Positions 1 through 13,116 of a DNA stretch of 64,000 nucleotides are shown in pieces (the first letter of the stretch is position 1; each line of letters starts with the position of its first letter). The notes under the pieces are model-generated. The model saw nothing but the letters and a program-made list of their open reading frames with translations, was not told where the DNA came from and ran no database searches. This DNA is from Styela clava (taxonomy: Eukaryota), in contig NC_135256.1 of the NCBI RefSeq assembly GCF_964204865.1, positions 9,486,001 to 9,550,000 of the forward strand. The letters are read 5' to 3'. A program made the position numbers and the translations under genes.

Positions 1-289
1 ATGGATTTTGTATCTCTGCGGAAGCCGAACTCCAATGCAACATTATGGAGGCTCGAGAAACCGATTTTACTTAATTGGATTTTATTGTCTGAATTATATA
101 CATAAGTATAATATATATATATAAAAGCAAACCGAACATTGGAAAAACGAAGTGATCTTTAAAGTGTAGCAAGTTTAATAATAGCGGCAAATATACTTCG
201 AATATATTTAAGAAATATAAATATACACACGGATTTGAATGGAAACTTGCGGAACTAGGGTGCTGCGGAAACCAGGTTGATAACCACTG
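1..289. mobile_element. End of a non-autonomous hAT-type element (runs off the window)
   Basis: Ends in GGTTGATAACCACTG, the reverse complement of CAGTGGTTATCAACC, matching the CAGTGGTT hAT terminus at 2472 and 23177. Confidence 0.5.
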
Positions 290-314
290 ATTTAGATCAA
301 TAAATATAACTTAC

Positions 315-1341
315 CTGTTAGGGAGGTTAGAAAAGTTTCAGAAAAATCTCCAAATGAGACGATGCAACTTTCTACTGGAGTCAAGGAAGTAGAGCCACCA
401 ACCAAAAAGTCTTGAATAGCATTTGTCCAGCATTGGATATTATCGTTCACACTGGCAATAAACATACAGTCATTCATGGAAAACTCAATTTTAATTTTTA
501 ATATATATGTTGCTATGCAGATGTTGTAAACGGGTATTTTATATTTATCTATAAATATTTATTTTTTGGTAATTTTTATCGTCATTTTCTTACCCATAGC
601 ACTGTTCAGTATTTGCACCTCTGTACCAATCCGAATACTTCACAACGTAGTCAACAACCGATCTCCAGTACCAGCCATCCGTTACGGTAATCCTATTCAA
701 ACATTCGCGGAAATAGACTCGAACAGAATTATCTGGTAAATCAGATTCACTTCTTCGACGTCTTCTTTGCTGTTGGTGTTCGGCGTTGTGACAGCCTGAA
801 AACCAGATACTAAGTGCATTTCGATAGTTATGTTATTTTGAGCATAGCTGCTTGAGAAAATATTTGAAAAAATCTTCATGTTAAGCACAATCTCACTTGC
901 AGAAAATCCAGACCTAAAATATTTGACCACAATTTCATTTATTAATCTGATTTTCCAAAGTTTTTTGATATTGTTCTCTACGAATCATGCGATTAAATCA
1001 GCATCATCATCTATAATATATCATCATCTGACTCTTGTAGTTACAGTGACAAACGCCAAGTTGAGAATATCTGTGATTGCGCCAATGTCCATTCAGTGCG
1101 AACAGACTGTCCTCGTTTTTAGAATGTTTGGCAATTTCTTCAATAAAATAATATTAACAAGCATGTAACTGCGCTCAATCTTCTTAAGTAATTTTTGCAG
1201 ATCGAAGTCCAAGAACTGAAACGCTCACGTCAACACGGGACTTAAATAAATATATATATTTCAGAACTCACCATTGACCAGCGGTATAGTGAAAGTAGCA
1301 ACCAAACATAAAACAGCAATTGTTGATTTCGGACGCATCAT
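315..1341 (-). CDS. Uncharacterised secreted proprotein, first three coding exons (1341-1272, 795-594, 451-315); continues left of 315
   Basis: GT-AG introns with consistent phases (1,2,1). Signal peptide MMRPKSTIAVLCLVATFTIPLVNG, then CHNAEHQQQRRRRRS (polybasic site), then ECLNRITVTDGWYWRSVVDYVVKYSDWYRGANTEQCYGVNDNIQCWTNAIQDF... Confidence 0.75.
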
Positions 1342-2471
1342 TCTGATGATATTACACCCGACGCAAGCAGAGTACAAGAGAGCAACTAGCTACTTCTGAG
1401 CATGTAGTCGCATTTGATGAGTTTTGAGTAAAGGGTAGGGTAGCAATGACGTAAAATTATGTAATCGGAGGTAATTTGTTTAATATGAAGTATGCAGAAG
1501 GACATAATGACAGGATTTATAATCCTTTAAGCCTAATTGTTGTAATTTGCGTCCTATACTCAAGTTGCACGGATTTTTGTTGCGTCAAACCATGTAGATA
1601 GAATATAAATCACCTTGAGCATTCGTCTTCTTGGGGTGACGCTTCTTTTCGAATAGGTCTCTATTAAATATCTCTTAGATAACTAATAATAATAATTAAT
1701 AAGTTTTATATTGGTGATGAAGATAGGTAAATGTATTTTGCAAGTCCAATTGAGTTAATCCATATTGATTTTATAAACAGCTTTCGCAATCCTTTAATTG
1801 TCCATTATTTATGCAAGTATTAAATTATTGGTTATGAGTGAAGCGATTAATTTTAATGTTATAATTACAACGAAACAAATATATTACTTTTGATTCCATG
1901 GAATATAAAATATGATAAACTTAGGCATAGCTCTAACTGTGCTATGTTGCCCTGTAGCTCTTTATCAGTACTTTTCCAAGTTTGCTCACCGGCCCGGGCC
2001 TTTTTTGGCTAAAAGTTTATAAAAAAAAATTCAGTCTTCAGTTTATTACTATTTAATCACAAACTAACTGATAATGACGATATGTTAAAGGTATCGATAA
2101 TCTGACCACGAGATCGTTGAAATTCAGTCACAGAACCCCGGCAAGGTGCGTATTTTTAATTTTGTTGACCTCATCGCATGCAAAAAAAAAGAATAGCATA
2201 AATAACTCATATTAATTTTGAAGAGGTCATCACACTATATTTTGAAGTGAAAAAGGATAACATAAAGCCCACAGAAAGTTTTGAAGTAAATGAAAGTAAT
2301 ACCGTTCTAGTGAAAAATACAATTTTTAACCACTGAAAATTTCGAAGTAATTGGTCCAGTAGTTAAAGAGTAAAGTGATTTTTCATAACGATAGGACGAA
2401 AAACACAAAGAATAACATTAACAAAATGATCTATAGGTTCATTTCGTGTCCAATAACAAAACGATCTATAT

Positions 2472-4481
2472 CAGTGGTTCTCAAACTTTTTCAGTCCCAG
2501 AGCCGCATTTCAAACGTCAAAGTTATGAAGAGCCGCACACAAACAACGCAAGGTAAAATAGCAACAATCCTTATTAAGAGCGTATTTAAAATACCAAATC
2601 ACCGTAACAACACAACACACGTAACAACTAGGACTGGGCAAAATATTCGAATAATAAAATATTCGAAAGGCATTCTACTATTCGAATATCCGGTACCACG
2701 TGACCTGCGCCGCTCTGCTTAGTGCAACTCAATCGTGAATTGTGCGAGATTTCCCAACGGCGCTCGCTATCAGAAAAAAAACGATAACTTTGAAAAGTCG
2801 TCTTTGCGTTGTGTGGTTATATGCTTATCTTTGAACTTAACGTATCGTTTCATTTCCATATTTTGCAAAAAAACGTACTGACCGGCGACCGTTCCCTAAA
2901 TTTAGAAACGTCAAACCAGATTAGCTATTTAAAATAAATTTCCCAGATTTTAAACTCCGCATGCTTGGTGAACTGTCATTAGCCATTTCTTGCATTACCG
3001 AACATAAAGTTGATTACAATTAAATGTTAAAATGACTTTTCGGCGTTAGGTCGTTAGAAAACTCTAGTTATATAAATAGCATGGATTTAAAAATGACAAA
3101 AAGTTTTTCCAAAAGCTGGTATGAGTTACTTGTATGAAAAACATTCATTAAGTTGTAGCCAGATAAGAAATGTCGTGTCCCTTCAAAGCACTTTGTATTA
3201 GCTCTTTAGTGATCCCTTCTATCCTTGGACAAGTAATGTTTCTAATATGTAAACATTTCACCTGACCATGCATGGCCGTTGAGCCAAGAGTAGAACGTAA
3301 AATCAATAGCGAATTTCGTTGCAACAATACACACTGACTCGTTAAAACTTGAAGGAATTAGTTATAATAAGCGTCTGACCCTCTATTAGACACAAAGGCC
3401 TAAAATGCCTTTATTGCCAATTTATTTAATCGCTATTTCAAATCAACATTCAGGATTCACGCAATCGTAAATTTGCTAGGTTTATCTATCTAATATATAC
3501 CAAAATAACACGAACACCATAGAAAAGCACGAGGAACTCAATTATCATGTTAATAAATATCTGCATCTCGGTTACCGTTCACTTTAAACAGTCACGAAAT
3601 TTACAAGCGATGATAAGGAAGATCAAATCCAAGGCAGAGCATAAAACTCAGAATAAAATTAATTTGTTTTTGAAATCAGCCGTTAATGTATTCAACAGCT
3701 GTCGCTGATGTGAACGCAAGGGTATACTAGAAATATGTAACTTCGATATCTGGCGACCCCTTATTCTTGCAAAAAAACGAGAAAGGGCGGGAATATAGAA
3801 CACCAACTTTAGGATATCGCCGCCGAAACGATCGCGGTGACAAAGACAATCAGCGATTATGATGAAATTAATCATGAACCAGTAAATGGAGTATCGACCT
3901 CCGACGTTCTGGATCCCTGTTATGTATAAAAAATATTCAAATTATTCGATTCGAAAAAAGATTTGATTTTGCCCACCCTAGACTAACAGCCATTTAATTT
4001 GGCTTTGATTTCTAATAAGTTTTTCAAAGCGGGTCATAATCGTGGAAGATGCAAGGTGCAGCAGCTGCTTGAGATGATCGCCAGATATTTCGGGACTATT
4101 TTCGAGTACGGGAACAAAATTAAAATGCTCTAGAAATTAAAATAATCATTGAGTTATTTGATTTATACATAATATTCGAAAATGCGACAAAAACTGAAAA
4201 TCCACGAAAGCAAGCCAATTATTACAGCCATGTCTAAAATCTTTCCAAGTGAAAAGTGACCGAGTGGCCGCGAAAACGCTTACTGTTGCGTCACTATTGC
4301 ATTTTGTAGATTAGTCAACGCTACGCAAATGAACACGGGAAATCCATTCGACTAACTAATAGACTTCCGCATTTTAATTTCAAGTCAATGAATAGTTTTC
4401 AATAAAAAATTTTCTTCGAAAGTAATTATTTTTTAAAGCATTAACAAGAGCCGCGGGAAAGGTTGTTGAGAGCCGCATGCG
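2472..4481. mobile_element. Non-autonomous hAT (Charlie/Buster-like) element with right end truncated
   Basis: Starts CAGTGGTTCTCAAACT; GAGCCGC subterminal motifs at about 2500-2535 and 4448-4480; no right TIR visible. Confidence 0.55.
2629..3980. mobile_element. Nested non-autonomous hAT element (TAGG...CCTA termini)
   Basis: TIRs TAGGACTGGGCAAAAT / ATTTTGCCCACCCTA; repeated (T)ATTCGA subterminal motifs at both ends; TSD degenerate. Confidence 0.6.
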
Positions 4482-4511
4482 TATGTAAATTTCGATGTGT
4501 CCAACAACTAC

Positions 4512-4970
4512 TGGTTTGAACATTTGACTGATTTATCTTGGTACTACTTACTTTTGGTGTGTTTACGTATGGTTCACTGCATCGCGAGTATTGGCTGATT
4601 ACTTGGTTACTTCTTGTTATGGTTAACTGTCTAGAGCTTTAGTCTGTCTTTAGATCTGTTCTCATAAGCTTATTAATGGTGCTATAGTCATTGGGTATGA
4701 ATAATCTATTTCTTAAGTTTCTTACATTGGGATAATCTGTTCTGACAAAGCCTCATTTAAATGTAAGTGAATTGGTATATTCTTGCTTTGTATTGTGCCT
4801 GGTTGCCTGTACTCATTTTAATATTCATCTTTATTGTTTGTCAGGTCACTTTGTCTTACTGATATCTGGATTGAATCACTTTGGGAGAAATCTATTCGTT
4901 TCATTTCGGGATATTAGTTAAGAGACATAGTAGGCAAGGGTGATTTGTCAATGGGCAGAAATCCAAATTA
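4512..4970 (+). repeat. 5' LTR (459 bp)
   Basis: Near-identical to 12640-13108: about 5 substitutions and 2 indels counted by eye. Confidence 0.95.
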
Positions 4971-7900
4971 GTGACATTTAATGATACTGCACCTACACCT
5001 ACAAACTGGAGTCTGAATCAAGCAGTTCTTCTTCAACCTTTCGAGGATTCAGCAATACATCAAAGCAAGAATGCCAACTAACAATGGCAGAATTTTTTCA
5101 AGGTCAGAATTTCAAACAACTCAAGAGTAAGTTTCCGGTACTCAAAGTAAATTTGGAAAGAATTTTAACACGATTTGAGCACTCTCTGGAAAGAAGAGAT
5201 TTTGAAAAGGTCAAAATACTGTTTCACGATGCTAACGATAAAATAGCATTTTTGGTCTGTCTAATTGATACTATGGAATTGGCTCTAATTGAAGAAGACA
5301 GTACTACACAAAGTGAGGAAAAACCCGTTATATCCAAATTTAGTGAAGAAATTTTACGCGTGGAAAACAATATTGCAATCGATTTTGAGAAATATGAAGA
5401 CAAACTAGATATAAAGCCGGTGATATCATCTCTTGTAACCACTCAAAACAATTATAATAATGATCCTCCTATGATTAAGTTATGTGGTATGGATCCGCCA
5501 TGCTGGAACGGACAAAAAGTAGACTTTTATACCTGGAAAGAACGTTTTACAGATATAATGCACCATGCTAGAATTACGGATGATTTAGTGCAAATTTCAT
5601 GGCTTTTACGCAATGGTGCAATGCCAAACGATTATCAAACAATGATATGTGACTGTAAATCAATTTCAAGTGCATGGGAACGCCTGGAAGAGCGTATTCC
5701 TAAATCAGTAGTTCAACGTGAAGTAATTAAGCAATACGAGCAAATAAAACCTTTATATAAGACCTCTCGTAATCCAGCGAACCTTAGGCGACTGGCTCAC
5801 GAAATTTCTCTCTTCTGCCGACGTATGGAAGATCTTGGGTTAAAACAGGATGCAAACTCGGTTTTTTCTGTCAATAGAGCATTAGAGTGTCTAGATGCAG
5901 ACACTGCACTGCGATATAATAGTTCCAGCAAAGGTAATCATAACTTGGAATCTATAACGAATTTTCTGAGATCTGAAGCTACAGCGTTGGAAATATCTGG
6001 TAACTTTATCAGTCAAACCGAGAATATGAGGTTTCGACCGAGACAAAACCAGTCGCCAAGATCTAATTTCAATACGGTTAATCATGCTACAGACGAGAAT
6101 GATAACATGGGTTCAGTTCAGCCAAGTCAAAGCACAGTCACTTGTATTTTTGGATGTGGAATTCAGCACCGCCTTATAGACTGCAACAAATATCAAAACC
6201 TATCAATTCCTGAAAGAAAAAACTTTATAGCAGATGATCGAAGATGTTTTATATGTCTAGGAACTCACTTTGCAAGAAATTGTGCAAGAACAACAGCCGA
6301 TAGCTGTGTAAATTGTAACCAAAGACAGCATCATTGGTCATTATGTCCCGGAAAAGTACAGGGAAATTACAATACAATGAGAAATTCTGGTATGAACGAC
6401 TCGAATTTGGAAAGTCAACATATTCACTCTAATGCAGCAGTATTCAACCAATCTCAGATGCATTCAAGACAATTGAGCGCTTTTAATTTGGATTATTCTC
6501 CATTACTTGTTGCAGAAGTGCAGGCGAGTGACAAAACATGGATCAAGGCAAATTTCTTTCTTGATGGTGGCAGTAACCATTCTTTGGTAAGACGTAATTT
6601 TGTAAAATCATTGAAACAAAAGGCAATAGGTCATGGGTTAATTCGGTTTGGTGTCGCAGGAGGAGCCATTCATGAAGAATCTTCTGGATGTAAGATTATA
6701 ATTTAAAAATTAGACCTCTTTCACGAGACCAGATATTTGATATCAGAGTTACGGCTGTGAGAAAACCTTGTCACGATGTTACACCAATTCCGCCATCTAT
6801 TTTTAAACAGTTTGAATATCTAAGAGGAATTCAGGATAAAATACCAGTTGGGCAAAAAACAGTCGATGTTCTTGTTGGTAGAGATTATGCACCTTTAATT
6901 CAAACAATGCATTCATTTCGTTCGCCAATTGATCCCGATAATCATCCTTCAGCAGCTTTCACATCTCTTGGATGCTATCTATATGGAGGCATTATTCAAG
7001 CACCGCAACGATCTTTCAATCATGTAGCAAATATTAATAGTTTTTCATCATTAGAAAATGAAGAGTTGCGCAAGTTTTTCCATGGTGAAGTTCTTGGAGT
7101 GCAACCCACAACTTTGTGTGTTTGTTCTAACTCAGAAATTGCAGAATCAGCATTTATCAAACATGTAAAAGCGACAACCAATATTAGTGCTGATGGCCGA
7201 GTTTGTGTCAAAATGCCATGGAAACCTGGTTTCCCAGAAAAATTGCACAACAATTTTGAGAAGGCGTATGAACAAATGAAAAAACGGGAACAAGAATTGT
7301 ATAGAAAAGGAAAAACGGAAGAGTATAATATGGAGATTAAAAATCTGCTTCAGCGAGGCGTAGTACGACGACTAACACCGGTTGAAACGAAAACGGCTAA
7401 AGTTGAAAATGCATGGTACCTCAATCATCGTATCGTAGAACGTCCGGATAAAACCTCAACAAAATTAAGAATAGTATTTGATTCTGCGTGTCCTTTTAAG
7501 GGTACATGTCTCAATGATAGTTTAGAGCAGTGCTTCCCAAACTTTTTTGACCATCGCCCCCTTAAAGTAGTTTATACAACTTCATCGCCCCCCTGTACTA
7601 CAAAAAAATATAAAGTCAGAAACGAATACATTACAGACCAAATAAGAAGACAAATCATAGTTTATAGTGTTTTTTAATGAGATAGATCAGATTGGTGTTC
7701 TTCAGCGAGTTTTTTTATTATATCTAAAATTACCCCGTTTACTGATGGAAAGGTGATTTCGTTGTTTTAATAGCAATAGTAGCACGGCTGAAAACCCCCC
7801 TTTTTACCATATAATAGGTCGGAAATGAAAGAATCCAGGGTTCTACCTCCTCAAAAACCGCCGTGTACTCTTGCCTTATAGCATTTCACTTCCTAAATCC

Positions 7901-8153
7901 ACCCCGTTTCACATTAAAATAATAAAACCAAAGTTAATTTTCCCAAACTTATAATAATGATTTTCGTACATCTCATTCATTCGTACAGCCTGATGACCTG
8001 CACCAAAAAACTTCGGAAAAATTCATCCCCGATTCCTCATCCTATCACGGCCTCCAGTCCGATCACCAGTCCATAATTAACCAGCCATTTGTTTTTGGAT
8101 TCATAGACTCGGATGTGGAAGAAGACGTGACTGACTATCGGCTACGGCCCATG

Positions 8154-9412
8154 CAGGGGTCGGCAAATTTTATGTCGCTCGCAGGACAAATTCAGGGTTG
8201 CTAGTATTTTGCGGGTCGCATATATTTTTCGAAAGTTAAAAACGGAACAGCGCGCAAAAACTGCGACAATTCGTGAACTCAACTCAGTCGTCTTATTAAA
8301 AAAATATTACAATGACATTTAATGTGTCACTGTCTTGTTGCTGCATCACGCTGGATAGCTTTACGACGCCAAGATTGAAACATTTTCTAAATGGGCATCA
8401 CCAAACCCACTTTTTTGCTTGTTCTTTGTAATGTTCATTTTCGAAAATAATGGTTTGCACAAATACGTACTTCCAAACATCGAAGTGAATATTTTCGCAT
8501 GATTTGTGAAATTTTGATAAATATTTTCTTTAAGAAGATACATTCTTACAAAAATTATGCAGTGATCAATCTCTCGAATAGAATATGAATTTTATTTCCT
8601 TATTGCTTTGCAATATATTCGAATATTTACTGCGCTATTGAAGCCCTGCACTCAGCATCAACTTTTCTGCGTGTTTCCATTTGTCTAATTATAATTAAAT
8701 TGTAGGCTCGTTAAACGAGTGGCTGTTCACTAAATTGTTAGGATATAGTATAATTCAGTATAAACGTGTCTCGCGATAAATTCTGTTACGTAAAAAAATG
8801 TAATTTACTCCTCGAGCGTAGATTATAAATAAAAAAAAATTCATCGTCAAAACCGCCGTTTGGATATTTCCCCGGGCATAGACTTCCTTGTTTACTTCGT
8901 GACATTGGCCAATCAGCAAGATGCAAAAAACGTAACAATGCCCCCTTTCGCATCCGCTCAGACACTCTCACTCAGACAGATTTTCAGGCGTGGTCGTGAA
9001 CATTACCTCATTTTCGCGTTTTTGAATTATATTCGTTAGTTTTTAGTTGTTTTTCGGAAATTTAAATATATAACAAATAAGTCAATGATTACTTTGTCTT
9101 TCTATGAGTTTCAGTTTAAATACAGCAATCAAAAATTAGTGTAGAAATAGCTGTGATAGACTAGGCTAAAATTCTTTATCGGTACTTTTAAAAAACAGAT
9201 TGTTAAATGATGTGTATTAGAATGATAGTTTGAAACAAATACCCCATTTCACAGGCAACAACTCGCGAAACCACTCTTAAAATAAGTACCAATAATTTTA
9301 AAATGGTAAAGTATGGGAAGAATTTTCCGCGGTCAAAGGTCAGGGAAAGGTCCATTCAGTGAATCGTCCCGGGCCAGATTATTTTATTCCGGCCGTATTT
9401 TGCCGACCACTG
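8154..9412 (-). mobile_element. Inner deleted hAT (Buster/SPIN-like) element with a transposase C-terminal remnant at 8361-8543
   Basis: TIRs CAGGGGTCGGCAAA / TTTGCCGACCACTG; remnant MFGSTYLCKPLFSKMNITKNK...DAHLE resembles the hAT dimerisation domain. Confidence 0.8.
8861..9354. mobile_element. MITE family A, copy 1 (diverged)
   Basis: Colinear similarity to 13117-13833 and 18511-19006. Confidence 0.8.
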
Positions 9413-12400
9413 GGATACGCAAACTACCTTGCCTTACTGCGAAGACGAGACCAGAAATCCTTTCGCGTGTGATAATCGCCCACGTGATTCAAGCCTGCGA
9501 ATGCACACAGAGTACAGAATTAAGTGCGCCGAACATAAAACAGGTTTCGCAAAATCGCCCCCCTATCGCCCTCTAAGACTTTTTCGCCCCCCTCTGTATC
9601 GTTTTCGCCCACTGGGGGGCGATATCGCCCACTTTGGGAATCACTGGTTTAGAGAAAGGCCCCAGCTTTGCGAATTCTTTGTTCAGATGTTTCATGGCAT
9701 GGCGAGCTGATAGTGTGGCTTGGCTATTGCTGGTGATATATCGAAAATGTTTAATCAAATTCAAATGGCAGAAGTCGATCAGAAATTTCATCGTTTCCTT
9801 TGGCGCTATGGGGATTCATCGTTGCAACCAACAATCTTTCAATGGCTTCGGGTTATGTTCGGAGATAAATCTAGTCCTGACTTGGCATGCTTTAAAATTA
9901 AATTTTTAGCCGATAAATTTCGAAAAGATCATCCTCTTGGAGCTGTTGTATTGGACAAAGATACATACATTGATGATGTCAGTCATTCTGTTTCGAATCA
10001 CATTCTTGCAAACAAGGTTATCAATGATGTTGATCAAATACTTATTCGTGGAAAATTCTCTATAAAGATTTGGAACTCAAACCATCCTGAAGTAGATCAA
10101 AATCCTGGTGAAAAAGTTGTTGATGTACTTGGTCATTCCTGGAATAAAACTGATGACAGTTTCAGTTCAAAATTCAAAGACATTTCTTTCATGCAAACAG
10201 GATTTTCTAAAAGAAAAGCGTTAGCATGTGTAATGAAATTGTGGGACCCTCTGGATTATTTACTTCCAGTCACAATGCAGTATAGAATAGATCTTCAAAA
10301 GATCTGGGCAGATGGATTTAGCTGGGACCAAACTTTGCCAGATGATGTGGTCAAATGCTGGTATAACAATGTTCGAGAAATGTCCAAGTTAGCTCAAGTT
10401 TCAACTCCAAGATGTCTGAAACCTGAAAACACAACTGGACCTTCTCAACTGCACGCATTTTCAGACGGTGGAGATTTAGCCTATGGCACTTGTGTGTTCT
10501 TAACTTCTTACGGTGGCCTACAACAGGTGGAGTTAAGCTAACATTCGTTGCAGCAAAGGGATTTGTGGCGCCACTCAAACACAAAAGTACTCCAAGAAAG
10601 GAGCTAATGGGAGCAATAGGCATGAGCAGATTGGTGCATGAAATAAGTAGAGCACTACCGTACAATATTGCATTCAAGTATTTCTGGATAGACAGCAAAG
10701 TTGTTATTTATTGGTTGAACTCCCAATCTGGAAAATTCAAACCATTCGTTGCTTCAAGAGTACAAGAATTTCAAGATACACATAAGAATCTAACAAAAGA
10801 AGTCAAATTCATTCCAAGTCTTCTTAATGCTGCAGATTGTTTAACAAAACCTATTTCCTGCGAGAAGCTTACAATTTGGCATGAAGGACCTGAATTTCTA
10901 AGGCAACCAATGGAATATTGGCCGAATGATGATAACTTAAAATTAGATGAATTATGTCAAGAAATATTGGAAGAAAAACCACCAACTAAGTCGAAAGCAT
11001 ATCGCGGAAAAAGACAATTCAACGTCGTTAAAGCAGATTTGCCTTATCAAAATGATAATGATTTAGCGGATAATTTTTCTTCATGGCAAGACTTGCTAAG
11101 AGCGACAGCTTGGATGAAGGGTGCATTTCAGCAAAAATCATTTGTCAATTTGGAATTAAAACTGCCGATGTCGTACAATACACAGAGAAAGCAAAATTGT
11201 GTATATTCAGAATTTGTCAAAAGTCTATGATTGATGAATTTGGGAAGGCTGTCAAAACTCTATGGAAATTAGACTTGTTATTCGATTCTCACGGAATTCT
11301 TCGTATTGGTGGAAGACTGAATAGAACTGATTTATATATGGAAATGAAGCATCTAGTCGTACTTCCGGGCAAACATTCCCTCGTTCGTCTTCTTGGAGTG
11401 TTCTATCATAAAAAGTTCTTACATCAAGGGTATCGAGTTATATTGGCAAATATGAAGAATGACGGTATTGTTCTTATTGGTGGAAGAATACTCTTAAAAT
11501 CAATAGCATCAATGTGTATATTTTGCAGAATTCGTCGTAGAAAGTTGCTACAGCAACGCATGGGAGAACTTCCTTCATTTCGAATGCAACCACAGATGGC
11601 ACCATTCAATTCTGTAGCAATGAGTTTTTTCGGATACTTGAAAGTAAAGCAATCTCGAAATGTAGTTATCAACGCGTCTGTTTTGATTATTACATGTGCA
11701 ACCACTCGTTATATTCATCTGGAACTGTGTCTGGCTCTGGATACTAATTCGTTCCTTCGGGCATGGAGACGATTTGTATCTATAAGGGGAATTCATCCTG
11801 CATTTGTATTTTCCGACGGAGGTACTACATTTCACGCTAGTCAAGCGCCTATCAAGGAATGGATCGAGAAATGGAAATTTCAGTTGATTCAACATGAGAT
11901 GGCAGAGAATCAAACGAAATTTGATTGGAAATATAATGTGCCTTACGCGTCACATATGAATGGAGTAGTAGAATCGCTTATCAACTCGGTTCGCAAAGCA
12001 CTCGATGCATCAGTGGTGAATTACAGCAGGGCTCTTATGACCTACGAAGAATGGACAACTGTTCTCAACGAAATTACTTATATCATCAATAGTCGACCAC
12101 TTTTCCCAGATGGAAACCCTTTGGAATATAATTGTATTACTGGCAATACTCTTTTACATCCATATGCAAAGCAGGTAGTCCCTCAAACTACACAAGAAGA
12201 GAAATTCAATCCACGAGACATGCTAAAAGTGGCGGAAAACAGAGTTGAGGTGTTCTGGAAAACATGGATGAAACACATACCGCATCAGCTATTACTTGCT
12301 AACAAATGGTTTCGAACAAGACGCAATCTTCAAGTTGGAGATTACGTATTAATTATTCAACCTGGATTTAAAGGCGGAAGTGCACCAGGAGGTTTATGGA

Positions 12401-12639
12401 AAAAAGCACTGGTTCACAACATTATGCCCAGTTCAGATGGCTTGGTGAGAAGTGTTACAATCAAAGACAGCGATGGGAATTTATACAATCGACCAATACA
12501 TAAACTTTGTCTAATTGCGACCAAAGAAGAGCTACAGTGTGGGTTGAAAGACATCTAATCTCATATCAGTTACTCCGAGTCAACAATGTTCAATATTATC
12601 GTCTTTTTCATTGCATTCATAGAGTGGGGGGGGGGGGGG

Positions 12640-13108
12640 TGGTTTGAACATTTGACTGATTTATCTTGGTACTACTTACTTTTGGTGTGTTTACGTATGG
12701 TTCACTGCATCGCGATTATTGGCTGATTACTTGGTTACTTCTTGTTATGGTTAACTGTCTAGAGCTTTAGTCTGTCTTTAGATCTGTTCTCATAAGCTTG
12801 TTAATGGTGCTATAGTCATTGGGTATAAATAATCTATTTCTTAAGTTTCTTACATTGGGATAATCTGTTCTGACAAAGCCTCATTTAAATGTAAGTGAAT
12901 TGGTATATTCTTGCTTTGTATTGTGCCTGGTTGCCTGTACTCATTTTAATATTCATCTTTATTGTTTGTCAGGTCACCTTGTCTTACTGATATCTGGATT
13001 AAATCACTTTGGGACTGTTGGGAGAAATCTATTCGTTTCATTTCGGGATATTAGTTAAAGAGACATAGTAGGCAAGGGTGATTTGTCAATGGGCAGAAAT
13101 CCAAATTA
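12640..13108 (+). repeat. 3' LTR (469 bp)
   Basis: Preceded by a polypurine tract (AGAGT plus a long G run), followed by TSD ACTAC. Confidence 0.95.
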
Positions 13109-13116
13109 ACTACTGA

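Larger units (their letters stand above)
7528..9646. mobile_element. Composite non-autonomous hAT element inserted in the RT region
   Basis: TIRs CAGTGCTTCCCAAACT / ACTTTGGGAATCACTG; perfect 8-bp TSD GTTTAGAG (7520-7527, 9647-9654). Removing it restores RT CLNDSLE-KGPSFANSL. Confidence 0.93.
5084..12558 (+). pseudogene. BEL/Pao gag-pol polyprotein, frameshifted and interrupted
   Basis: Three Gag Cys/His knuckles (CIFGCGIQHRLIDC, CFICLGTHFARNC, CVNCNQRQHHWSLC); protease FLDGGSNHSL; RT KLRIVFD, DISKMFNQI, FGDKSSP, YIDD; RNase H LHAFSDGG, PRKELMGA, WIDS, NAADCLTK; integrase HHCC, SDGGTTF, GVVESLI. Frameshifts near 6690, 9720, 10500 and 11160, plus an insertion at 7528-9646. Confidence 0.95.
4512..13108 (+). 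mobile_element. Full-length BEL/Pao LTR retrotransposon, disrupted
   Basis: Direct LTRs 4512-4970 and 12640-13108; 5-bp TSD ACTAC (4507-4511, 13109-13113); polypurine tract just before the 3' LTR; gag-PR-RT-RH-IN order. Confidence 0.97.

Noticed and set aside
6670-6760. Programmed ribosomal frameshift between gag and pol
   Set aside because: The break falls inside the protease region, BEL/Pao elements usually have one ORF, and other frameshifts show this copy is decayed.
7528-7677. C-terminus of ORF 6757-7677 as real protein
   Set aside because: It is read-through into the inserted hAT element.
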